From NCBI RefSeq assembly GCF_036588685.1, contig NC_086379.1:21576001-21640000 (forward strand): 64,000 nt of DNA, read 5' to 3'. Below the pieces are notes generated by a model. The model did not search any database, had not been told where the DNA came from, and was given only the letters and a program-made list of their open reading frames with translations. Below, piece by piece: positions 14,580 through 25,631 of the stretch (positions are counted from its first letter, which is position 1; every line of letters starts with the position of its first letter). A program made the translations under genes and the position numbers. This DNA comes from Mytilus trossulus (Eukaryota).

Positions 14580-17260
14580 TCCGGAGACGAAACGTCCGCC
14601 ATGCAGCAGTGTTAGGGTATAGAATATCTGCTAAATCCTGTTCAGCAACCAACAATCAATCGCGTTCACAAAGTTAAGAATAACAGGTGTTCTCTTTCAA
14701 TGCAATTGCATCATGCATCTTTTCCAAATTCATTTTAAAACATTTGGGGACATATCAAGTTTTTTTTTCAATAGAGAACATATGTATCGGTGTTTTGAAA
14801 AGGTCTCTTCTGTTTTACAGAAATTATTTAAAAAAAAAGTTATATTAATCCAAGGCACTTCCTGATCAGGCAACATGGCCATAGGTTAATGAACTATAAT
14901 CAATTTAAATGATTAAAATACTCTTAAAAAAGTTACGGAAGATAGACGAGACCGGATTATGGTAATATCTGTTCGTAATATCTATTGATGATTGCATCTG
15001 CATCTTCAATGAATCAGTTGATGTGGTTGATGTCTGCATTTTGTGACAAAATAAGATATTTGAAAAAATGGCTTTTCGAAAGATCACTTTATTTATTTAT
15101 TCCATTGGGAACAAGATGATGTAAAACATTCTTAATAAGGGTTCAATTCATACTTCTAATGCAATTTGGATTGAACAATGTGTTTTGTTGGCTAAAAGTT
15201 GCCGTCAAATCCACAGTTGACAAGGTGTAACTAAGGAGGGACCCGCCATTTTGGATTGATTGAATCAACAAATGTTCGATTACTATTATATAATCAAAAA
15301 TAAAACAACACTTACCTCGAATTCGCCGTTTTAATGTTATTTTATCCAAATTTGAAGCATACAGGTAAAGTAATAACCTCCAGTTTGTAAGTTGTCATTT
15401 GTATGACATCACGTTCAACCAAAATCATCCATGAAGTTTCGCGGATTTTTTTCTATTTGTCAAATTTAAACATTTTTTCAAGTTTTATCGTATTTTTTTT
15501 CTTTTGTATACATTAGAATCGGAATAACTGTACTGTAGTGGAAGAGTTGCCACCGTCAAATCTACAATTGACGGTGGCAACTCATCAACTACAGTACTGT
15601 TATTCCTTAAATGGATACCACGGATTTTCCTATTACTAATTTGACTTGACTTGATTTTCGCTTTCTTTTTTATTTGCTTTTTTTCATATGCGGGTGATCT
15701 TTTGTATTGCCTTCATAATGAATACGCTTATCATAAATATCGAAATTTAATTTTTTGAACGCCTGATTATAAACATGTTCATGTTCTAACTTAAAAACTA
15801 ATGGAATTAAATTATCTGATAAAACAAAACTTTGTATAAGGAATTAAAACAAAAGACAGCCACACAATTCGATGTCATGTTCTGTTATACATGTAATGTA
15901 ATCTTGATAAGCAAATCAAAGATGTTTGACCATGTTGTACACAACTATCCGATCGAGAATTTATTCAAACTTGGTTGTGACGACTTTTTATTGTTATACT
16001 CGTGTATAAGTTTTTAGTTAGCTATTTGGCTATTTACACTGTGAACGAAATGTCCGCCAGCTGTGTGGAGGCATTGGATAGCTGCTGAACCTGTTCAGCT
16101 ACCTGCAATGAATCACGTACACGTGTTTACAGATGTTTGCTGGTCATGTTTTGGAATTTTGTCAGATTTTTTAAATCGTTGCGCTTTATCCATTTGAATG
16201 TCTTAAAAAAAATTGCCCGATGACCCCCTTTTTACTTTATTTTATAAAACTTTTACGTGTATAATTATAAGCCCTATGTAAAGTGTTATTAAATTTATTT
16301 ATTTTGTAATAGTTTTTGGGAACTTGTCAATGATAAAGCTATGAAAAATCAAAAGAGAACATTTCCCCGCCAAAATTTCAATGGCTAAAAATTCGAAAAC
16401 AAGAACATTGACTGCTATATTTATTTTGCTCTTTTGATTCTTTGATTGATCCCCTATAAATATATACTAGTGTTATAGAAAGCTATTTATTTTGAAACTG
16501 TTGATGAAATTGCAATTTTCTGGCTGTATATTGAAAACATGTCTCTAGGGTTTTTTTGGTTTTTTTTAAAGTTCTCGTTGGCATTACAGGAATTTAAAAA
16601 AAAGTGAAATATTATTCCAATCACTTCCTGGTTTTGCAACAAAGCAATAGGTTAATGGACTATAAACGATTTGAATAATAATAGACTCGGAAGATAGACG
16701 AGACCAGATTATGGTAATATTTATTTCCAATATCTTTTAATGAGTGCAGCTGCATGTTTGGTAAATCCGTTAATGAGAGTTATGTTTGCACTCCATCACA
16801 CAAATTAGTTATATTGAAAAAAATTGTTTTTACGAAAGATCACTTAATTTATTAATTCCACTGGGAACAGCATGATGTAAACCTTTCTTAATAAGTATTC
16901 AATTTATAAATGGATATTAAAGATTTTTCTATAACTAATTTGCATTGACTTGAATTGTATTTTTTTTTTCATTTACTTTTTAACACATTTTGAAAATCTT
17001 AATAATTTATTCATTGCCATAATGATTTATACGTTCCTCGTGTTTACCGGGATAAAATATTGTTGAATGCCAGATTGTAGACCTGTTCACTTCCTAACTG
17101 TTCGTAATTTTTGAAAATAAATTATCTAAAGAAAAGAAACTGGAAAAAGGATATAAAAAAGCCCCACCATGCAATGTCATGTTTTGTAAATCAGATGATA
17201 AAATCTCAATAAATAATCAAAATTGTGTGATTATGTTGAAGCATCTTCCCGATCGAGCCT
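14580..17260. repeat. Old diverged tandem duplication (~14580-15960 vs ~16040-17260)
   Basis: Colinear shared blocks, e.g. CGAAA(C/T)GTCCGCCA, GGAAGATAGACGAGACC(G/A)GATTATGGTAATAT, GAAAGATCACTT and CCGATCGAG. Confidence 0.75.
15521..15606. repeat. Foldback hairpin (GGAATAAC...GTTATTCC)
   Basis: Near-perfect inverted repeat with ~39-bp arms. A partial copy lies at ~34528-34580. Confidence 0.8.
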
Positions 17261-17379
17261 TCATTTAGAGATGCTATAGATACAAGTGTCTGTCTTATAT
17301 CCTATAGATTATGAAACATGGGTTCTATATATCTAGCACTTATAAATTGACATTAAGGGTTCGTTGATAAAATGTCTAT

Positions 17380-17645
17380 GGATCAACTTTCTAGCAGCGT
17401 CAACATATGGAATATAGAGTTTCAAGTTGTTACGATATTTCATTTGCAGCTTACAAAAATATATCAAAATAAGATTGGTTAAGTTGAGTGCTCTGATACT
17501 ACCATTTTACGAATCATCAGTAGTAGGGTTAACAAATGACGACGGATAAGCTCAATTGTCGTAACGACAAATCCATAATGTGAACTACTGAAGTAGACTT
17601 AACAAAAACCTTTATTAGCACGCCGAATATGGAGCAGGATCGGCA
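17380..17645 (+). mobile_element. Highly decayed Penelope-like retroelement fragment (RT C-terminal region)
   Basis: Translation LAASTYGI*SFKLLRYFIC resembles the PLE motif PAAPAYGVYISQLIRYSRAC. It is followed by the GGAGCAGGATC motif of the associated repeat. Confidence 0.35.
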
Positions 17646-20079
17646 ATCTTATTTGATGTGCATTGTCCCTGATGTCTGCTTCCATTATGTTTCTAAGTGC
17701 ATGTTGATTTGTATAATTTGGAAACCGAAAATTCTGTAACAATTGTTTTGTGAATTCACATACTATTTATTAAGTGTGTGTATACTTTCTGAAAAATGTG
17801 ATGAAATTCATGTTGAATTATAAAGAAGTGCGAACACATAATGCGTATGAGAAAAAAAATTACGCTTTTCCTTATTAGTTTTAAACCTTTTCAGTATTGC
17901 ATATGTCTAAACATGTAGGTAAGCGTGATAAACAGTAATGCATTTACTAATTGCTATTTAATTTGATGTTAAATGATTATTTAGAAATGGTTTAAAGTGA
18001 ATGCAACACTGCACACTGCAGTCTGTTAAAAGTTAAAATTGGCGTGTCTGTTACATTTTGTTAGCTCTGAAACTTCATGTTATAAATAGGGATCTATGTT
18101 TTGTATAGTGTAAAACTATTGCTAGTACATGTACTTAAATATAAACTTAGATTCGTCTCCTTTTTAATATTGGTGACAACTTTATATCGTTACTTCACAT
18201 GGAATTTTTACCAATGGTTAATAATATGGCTTGGTCAAACCTGATAGAACCAGCAATGCATAAACCAATTGAAGATACACTCACTACATTTATCCAGACA
18301 AATTAGTCTACTTTCAAAAATCTTTTAGTCATACAGTCATTGCCCAAACTTTAAATAGTAATGATGCAAAACATAGGTGTGCGTATATGAAGACAACATC
18401 GCTAATCAAAAGTCAAAAATAAATTGAGAGAAATCAACTTCGGAATACAATGTAAACCCATGTTAAACACACCATCTTTGTGGGGACACAACTCCTGAGT
18501 ACAACCTAAACCCATGTTTAGCACTACATCTTTATAAGAAAAAAATGGAACAACAAAAACTCTGCAAAAATCAACGCCAATATATATGTTTATGCCCCAA
18601 TTCAGGAGCCTATGGCCTTTGTTAGTCTTCCATTATTGTAATTTTAGTTTATTGTGTACAATTTGGAAATAAGTATTCCATGAACTTGTATATATTTGTT
18701 TAGGGGCTAGCTGAATGACGCCTCCGGGTGCAGGAATTTCTCGCTACATTGAAGACCTGTTTGTGATATTCTGTTGTTGTTGTTTTTTCTCTATGGTTGG
18801 GTTGTTGTCATACGCCCCATTTCCACTCTCAATGTTATTATGTCATAGTGCACCATAATATTTTCTATGAACGGGCGACGAGATACATCTACTATAAAAT
18901 AATTCTTTTCTGATATATAGTTATATCAATACTAAAAAAATTATGCACACCCCTCATTAGTTGATGAATTATCAAAAACTGTATTTTTCTGATTTTATTT
19001 TTGTCCATCACTTCAATCTTTATTTTGATTCGTATTCCTAATATATTAAAATTTACAGAACTTGCAAAGGTACTGTATTTTTATTTCAGACGTCGATAAG
19101 CATAAATTAAAATCACAAAAATACTGAATTTAGAGGAATATCTAATCGGAAAGTCAATAATCACATGGCAAAATCAAATAACAAAACACATCAAAAACGA
19201 ATGGACAAGAATTGTCATATTTCTGACTTGAACAGGCATTTTCAAATAACGAAAATGGTGAATTAAACCTGGTTTTATAGCGCTAACTCTCTCAATTGGA
19301 AGACAGTTTTCAATCAAAGTCTGTACAAATCACATGTAGATTGTAAATGTGAAGAATTAATGGGCACGCTGATATGGAATGACTTCAGATATCGTTAACA
19401 TTATTCCAGACATAAGAGCTTTTCATTTTAAGCAAAATTTGGCAATTTAATATTTTTACCAATTTGTATTTATTAATATAACGTTATGATTTTATACATA
19501 TTATTATTGAATTATACATTAACATGTTAAACTTAGCATAAACTTTACATAGTTGCACCTGTTTCTTCTTGAAACATTAACCATATCATCCACACAATCT
19601 ATAGATTGTTGATCATGACAATTAATGAGTGTGTTGCGAGATTTCGTCAATTTCCAGGAATACTTGTTATTTGTTTATACATTTGTTAAAAATTTTACGC
19701 GTCTGATTACATAAGGGTCTCCCAAAATCTTTATAAAATCATCGATTTCATTCCAGATTTAGTAAAATATCGGTGTTATATTTTTGTTTAATTGTGCAAT
19801 AACCGTTTAAAGTTTAGTTGGTTTAGGTTTACTTTTAGAATATTATAATATGTTTATAGGTATTTCGTCTAATTTGTTTTGTTTTTTTGGCAGTGGAGGA
19901 TTGTATTGAATTCTCAGAATAAAAAGGATGATAATGATTTCTTAAGCAAAAACGAATGTAATCTTTGCTAAAATAATATATAGCATATATCCATTCATTT
20001 GGTTTCTTCGTTTATGAACAAAAAAACATATGCAAGAAAGTAAATGAATCAACAATAATCTGCACATTTAGTATACATA

Positions 20080-21612
20080 TGCTAGTGTATACACAAATGT
20101 CTAAACATCAACACAACACTCTTAGATCTATTCACATAGTAAAGGATCCTATAAATCAATGTAAGATACAGAAATCACAGAAATTATTATATTTATAAGT
20201 ACTTCTGAACAAGTCACAACTCTACAGATTTTTCGAGAACCATTATTGATGGTGATACATGGCTGTGTACATTCCGTAGATAGTAGATGTTTTTGTGTTC
20301 TGTTAAATTGTCTCTTATAAAATTGTTATACGATGATGACTGATGTACCCATATTTAAACCATTTTATTTATTGTGTTTGTTTATTTAACACATCAATGT
20401 AAATATAACGGAATTTTATGAGACTGTCATTAAAGTGAGAGGGTAAGCGCTATAGAACCAGGTTTAATCCACCATTTTCTACATTTGAAAATGCCTGTAC
20501 AAAGTCAGGAATATGACAGTTCTTTTTTGATGCGTTTTGATTTTGCCATTTGATTATGGACTTTCCGAATTGATTTTCCTCTAAGTTCAGTATTTTTGTG
20601 ATTTTACTTTTTTCTGTATATACAAATCGTCTAAACATCAACCCTACAAAGTTTTATCTGTAATTGTAACCGGCGCACTAGACCACACGATCACCTGGGC
20701 TTCATACAAATTATTTTTTTTCAGTAGCCGGGTGTTACCTTTCCGTGTCAGTTTCAATCTAGCGTCGTTCTACAGTATATGATTAATAAGGCATGAAGAT
20801 GTTATTTTTGAAGATCAGCTAAATTATCTTTAGTAAAGGATCCTACAAATTAAAGTAAGATACAGTTCTAGGAATATTTATATGTATAAGTTCGTCTAAA
20901 CCAGTGACAACTCTACAACTGATTTATCAATCGGATCACCAGCAGTGATGGTGATACATGGATGTGTACATTATGTATATACAACTCGTATAAACATCAA
21001 CCCAACAATGTTAGATCTGTAAATTTGCTTTCGTCGCCGGACTTCGAACCAATGCTACTGCGATATATATATACTAGTATATAAAACTCGTCTAAACATC
21101 AACCCAACAATGTTAGATCTGTAAATTTGCTTTCGCAAATTTTTGGTTCTTCCCTCGCCGGGATTCGAACCCATGCTACAGTGATATCGTGACACCAAAT
21201 CGCCTGCACTGCAGCCGTCCCGCTAGACCACACGACCACCTGGGCTCTCAAAAAAAGAGCTTTCGGTGGCCATATGTTACCTTTCCACGTCAGTTTTAAT
21301 CTAGCGGCGTACTACAGTACATGATATATAAGGCATGAAGATGTTATTGTTACAGATCAGCTAAATTATCTATAGTAAAGGATCCTACAAATAAATGTAA
21401 GATACAGTCACAGAAAATAATTATATTCATAAGTACGTCTGAGTCAGTGACAACCCTACAACAGATGTATCCATCGGATCGCCATCAATGATGGTGATAC
21501 ATGGCTGTGTACATAATGTATATAAAACTCGTCTAAACATCAACCCAACAATGTTAGATCTGTAAATTTGCTTTCGCAAATTTTTGGTTCTTCCCTCGGA
21601 TTCGAACCCAGT
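20080..21612 (-). repeat. 441-bp tandem repeat with tRNA-derived (Pol III) head; SINE-like satellite
   Basis: The unit start ATAAAACTCGTCTAAACATC occurs at 21081 and 21522. Older copies lie at 20080-20280 and 20615-21060, and an inverted relic at ~23110-23360. The minus-strand head 21245-21150 has A-box TGGTCGTGTGG and B-box GGTTCGAATCC. Confidence 0.75.
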
Positions 21613-22149
21613 AATACTAGTATATATATATATATAACAAGCCTAGAAGGGTACAACATAACCATAACATAACTATGTCAAATGAATCATGTCAATATAT
21701 TCAAATTGCGACACTATCAAAATCTTGAAAGTTTATACAATCTAGGCGAATATCGCAGACGCTGATACAATTTAAAATTTCCAAACAAGGCGCAAAGATT
21801 TAAAATCGTAATTTGCGATGTGAACTGGCACAACTCCAAATTTCCAAAGGTTGTGACAATTGTGTTGTTTTAACTGTATGGAGAGCAGTCCCCAAATAAA
21901 AAAAAACATAAATGCCTTAACCGATCCAAGTTGGTATAATATTTCAAATTTGACAACGGTAGTGCAGAAACTACATATTTAAATCTCCCAAACGAATAGC
22001 AGTTTAATACATGTAATAATGATTAGAAAAATAAGTTTTATTTAATAAAGTGAAATAATTAAACGTGGCTTCACAAATGAATGGAGTCCTGTAATCTAAA
22101 CTGGTATTTTAAAAAAAATCTTCAAACTGTAAAGCCAGTACGGAAGCTG

Positions 22150-22750
22150 GAGTTACTGGAAACCAATGATGACAGAAACTGTCCTTAACTTTCGTATCCA
22201 AAATCTCTATCTACCTTCAACCAATCCTCATTGTGGTCTAAGATTGTGATGGATGGTAAGGTTTTTGAGATCAGCTTGGGCTTACAAGTGTAGGCACTTC
22301 GATTACCATTCATGCATGCGTTTGTTGAATGGCTGCTCTGTCTCGCCAATAGACTGCATGCTACATCAACACTGAAGGAGGTATACAACATTTTGGGTTT
22401 TGCAAGTTATATAGCAAAATATAGTGTACACAGACCCAGTCGAGTGGCAAGTAACTGTTTGAGTATTTAGTATTTGTTGACAAGTCAGACATCGTCTGTT
22501 ACCACATGACTTGCATCATCTTGCAGTTAAACAGCTTTTATTTGAGGAGACGTCAGCTCTTACAAATAAGTCTTTCAGATTTGCTGATCTCCGAAAAGCT
22601 AAGACAGGAGGATTCGGAAAGATCTCGGATCATTAAGGGTGTTTGGCAATAATTTGCCTATTGGCACGGATCAAACGTGAACGGTTAGTAAAGGCTGTAT
22701 TGTATTTTAAAACAAAAGGGACTATTGTGCTGCGCCTCTTACGTTTGTAC
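22150..22750 (-). mobile_element. Penelope-like element fragment, GIY-YIG endonuclease region (pseudogenised)
   Basis: Minus-strand translation across stops and frameshifts gives IFPNPPVLAFRRSANLKDLFVRA, CKTQNVVYLLQC*CSMQSIGETEQPFNKRM and RFWIRKLRT, which match PLE linker and GIY-YIG motifs. Confidence 0.75.
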
Positions 22751-22751
22751 T

Positions 22752-22990
22752 TTAACAGAAAAAAGTAAAAACACAAAAAAATTGAACTCCGAGAAAAATT
22801 CAAAAAGGAAAGTCCAAAATCAAAAGGCAAAATCAAAAGTCTAAATGCATCAAACGAATGGAGAACAACTGTCATATTCCTGACTTGGAACAGGCATTTT
22901 CTAATGTAGAAAATAGTGGATTGAACCTGGTTTTATAGCTAGCTAAAACTCTCACTGGTATGACAGTCGCATCAAATTCCATTACATTTT
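22752..22990 (-). repeat. Interspersed repeat (TTTAATCCACCATTTTCTACATTTGAAAATGCCTGTAC family)
   Basis: Other copies at ~9670-9960(+), 19110-19300(-), 20290-20615(+) and 26260-26440(+). Confidence 0.7.
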
Positions 22991-23615
22991 CATTGCCTTT
23001 ATCTTTGTCAAATTTCTTATAACCTTGTTTGGTCAAAACAGTTCCTGTAACCGATTTGTGATAGGCTCCTCAGAGGAGCAAATTCGCTTTACTCTTTACG
23101 CTTAACTAGTATATATATGTATACAGAATGTATTGTCAGCCTTGAAATACAATCACTGCTGGTGATTTTATGAATCAAATCTGTTGCAGAATCGTCACTG
23201 ATTCAGACGTACTTATAACATAATTATTTTAGTGACAGCATCTTGCATTTATTTGTAGGGTCCTAAAATTTACAAAGAATAATTCAGCTGATCTGCAATA
23301 ATTCCATCTGCATACCTGAGATATCATGTTTTGTATTACGACGCTAGATTAAAACTGACGACAATAAACTGACAACACCGTAAAAACAAAAGTAAAATGA
23401 ACAACAGTCAAAAATACATAAAACACAACAAAAAGACTAAAAAAACGAAAGGGTTTCAATATATGTCATGCGTATACAAGCAAACTGATGTTAGTTAAAA
23501 AATATTACTTCTAAACTTGCTGCCATTTCACTTGCAAATGTTTTGATCAACTTTCATGTGCTAAATCCCTAAAACATAGTATAAACAAAAATAGATATAT
23601 TATTAAGTTTTATAA

Positions 23616-24294
23616 GCCAGAGAGGCACATAAAAATGTGTAAGGGTTCCGCGGAACCCAGTGTCTCGCCTACTTTTGCTGTAAATCGCAGGCTCAACAAA
23701 AATATTCCTCTTGATACTATTTTATGATTGTAAGAAGCTTCTGTCCAAGTTTGGTAAAAATCTAGGATAGTTAATGAATCTAATAAATGTTTTGAAAACT
23801 TTAACTGCAGAGTGTATGTAATGCTAACTGGAAAAAAATCTAAGTCCATTTAAAAGTAAAATACAGAAAAAATGGAGTTATCTTTTTACAAAATTTACTT
23901 CTTGATACTATCTTATGATCGTAAATAAGCTTCTGTCTAAGTTTGGTACAAACTCAGGATAGTTTAAGAAAGTTATTAAAATTTTACAAACTTTAACCAC
24001 AGAGTGAATGTAATGTTTCCCCGCAGAAAATCAAAGTCCATTTAAAAGTATAATACGGAAAAAATGGATTAATTTTTTTACAAAATTTTCTTCTGGATAC
24101 TATCTTATAATCATAAACAAGCTTCTGTCAAAGTTTGGTAGAAATCCAGTGTAGTTTAAGAAAGTTATTAAATTTCAAAAACTTTAACCACAGAGTGAAT
24201 ATTTGTGGACGCCGCCGCCGCCGCCGACGACGACGGAATGTAGGATCGATTAGTCTTGTTTCTTCGACTAAAGTCGAAGGCTCCACAATAAAAG
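23616..24294 (-). mobile_element. Non-autonomous Helentron/HINE-type element with ~191-bp central repeats
   Basis: (GCC)n(GAC)n microsatellite, terminal hairpin TTCGACTAAAGTCGAA, and central units starting near 23710, 23901 and 24093. Confidence 0.65.
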
Positions 24295-25231
24295 GAGATT
24301 CAATTTTAATAGTAGAAAACAAACTTACAATGCCACGACAAAAATTGAAAAAAACAAAGAAATGACAAAACATTGAAACATTATACAAAACATTGATAAT
24401 TAACGCCTGCACAATACGAACCCCTCAAAAAAATCAAGGGATGATCGCAGGTGCTTAAGAATGATATGCAGAGTTTTATGAAGACCAAACACACGTTCGG
24501 GGTTTTGAATTATAAGCCTTGTACCTTCGAAACTATCAAATAGCTAGTTTACCTATATATCTCCCCCCTTTCGTTTACGTCATCGTGGTTAAGTAACTAA
24601 ATTATCTATGCATAAATATATAAGAAGATGAGGTATGAGTGTCAATGAGACAACTCTCCATTCAAGTCACAATTTATTTAGGTTAACCATTAATGGTCAA
24701 AGTGTGATCCCTAACACGGAGTCTTGACTCACACTAAACAGCAAGCTATTAAGGGCTCCAAAAAATTACTAGACTAAGTGTAAAACCATTCAAATGAGAA
24801 AGCTAACCATATAATCTATAAAAAAAAACCGAGAAACGAGAAACACTTTTGAACCACAGCAACAAGCGACAACTACTGAATACAGATTCCTGACTTAGGA
24901 CAGGTGCAAACAATTATAGCGAAACTTTAAATGGTACCGAACTTTCATCCGTATCTGAACCAATAGTGTAACATCACAACATAGAAAGACACATTATAAA
25001 ATATCAACTTAAATGGTTTAACTCCATAAAAAGACGTAGTAACACTAATGGACTTCTCTTTGACACATTCCCTATTTTCATTCTCCATTTCATACACAGA
25101 ACGAATAAATTTGATATATGATACAATAAAAATACAGATTTAATAATAAAGGAATTTATAATAAATGATCATGGTTCAATAACTTGATTACCTGTACATA
25201 TGTCCCCGTCGTGATAAAATTTAACTGTTTG

Positions 25232-25436
25232 CAAAACGAGTTTTTCATCCCATTCATAGATTTCATTAGACGTATTTGGCAATATTTTTTTTGAATTTTG
25301 GATCGTCAATGCTCTTCAACTGTATAATTGTTTGGTTTACTAACTTTTTTGATCTGAGTGTTATTGACGAGCCTTATGAATTCGTAACGCGCGTCTGACG
25401 TATCAAATTATAAGCCTGGTAAATTTGATCACTATT
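25232..25436 (+). mobile_element. Decayed hammerhead-ribozyme retrozyme-like repeat
   Basis: GATCTGAGTGTTATTGACGAGCCTTATGAATTCGTAACGCGCGTCTGACGTAT is a mutated form of a hammerhead core (CTGATGAG...CGAAACGCGCGTC), recognised from memory of the mussel repeat. Related relics lie at ~24470-24540 and ~8925-9040. Confidence 0.55.
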
Positions 25437-25508
25437 AAATAACTGAATTACCTATGTATTTCTACCTTCATCTGGTCATGGTTTATTATACATAAATTAC
25501 TAAATTAC

Positions 25509-25631
25509 CTATACATATCTCCCCTTCGTCTGAATGATCAATACAATTAGGTTTGCCATTGCAAAATAAGTTTTTACTTATACATTGCATATCGTCTGCA
25601 CATTTCTTTCTCTTGTCCATGCACTTGTATT
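25509..25631 (-). CDS. LDLa exon (EYKCMDKRKKCADDMQCISKNLFCNGKPNCIDHSDEGEICI)
   Basis: 6 Cys plus DHSDE, canonical splice sites, 123 nt. Confidence 0.85.

Noticed and set aside
21150-21245. Functional tRNA gene
   Set aside because: A and B boxes are present, but acceptor-stem pairing is poor, the middle is over-long and it sits in a repeat unit. Treated as a SINE-like head.
21235-21310. Hammerhead-like CTGACGT...CCGAAAGCTC fold in the 441-bp unit (minus strand)
   Set aside because: The core deviates (CUGACGU, no U-H cleavage triplet) and is not conserved in the neighbouring copy.
24128-24412. Poly-Arg ORFs on both strands
   Set aside because: Translation of the GCC/GAC microsatellite of a HINE.
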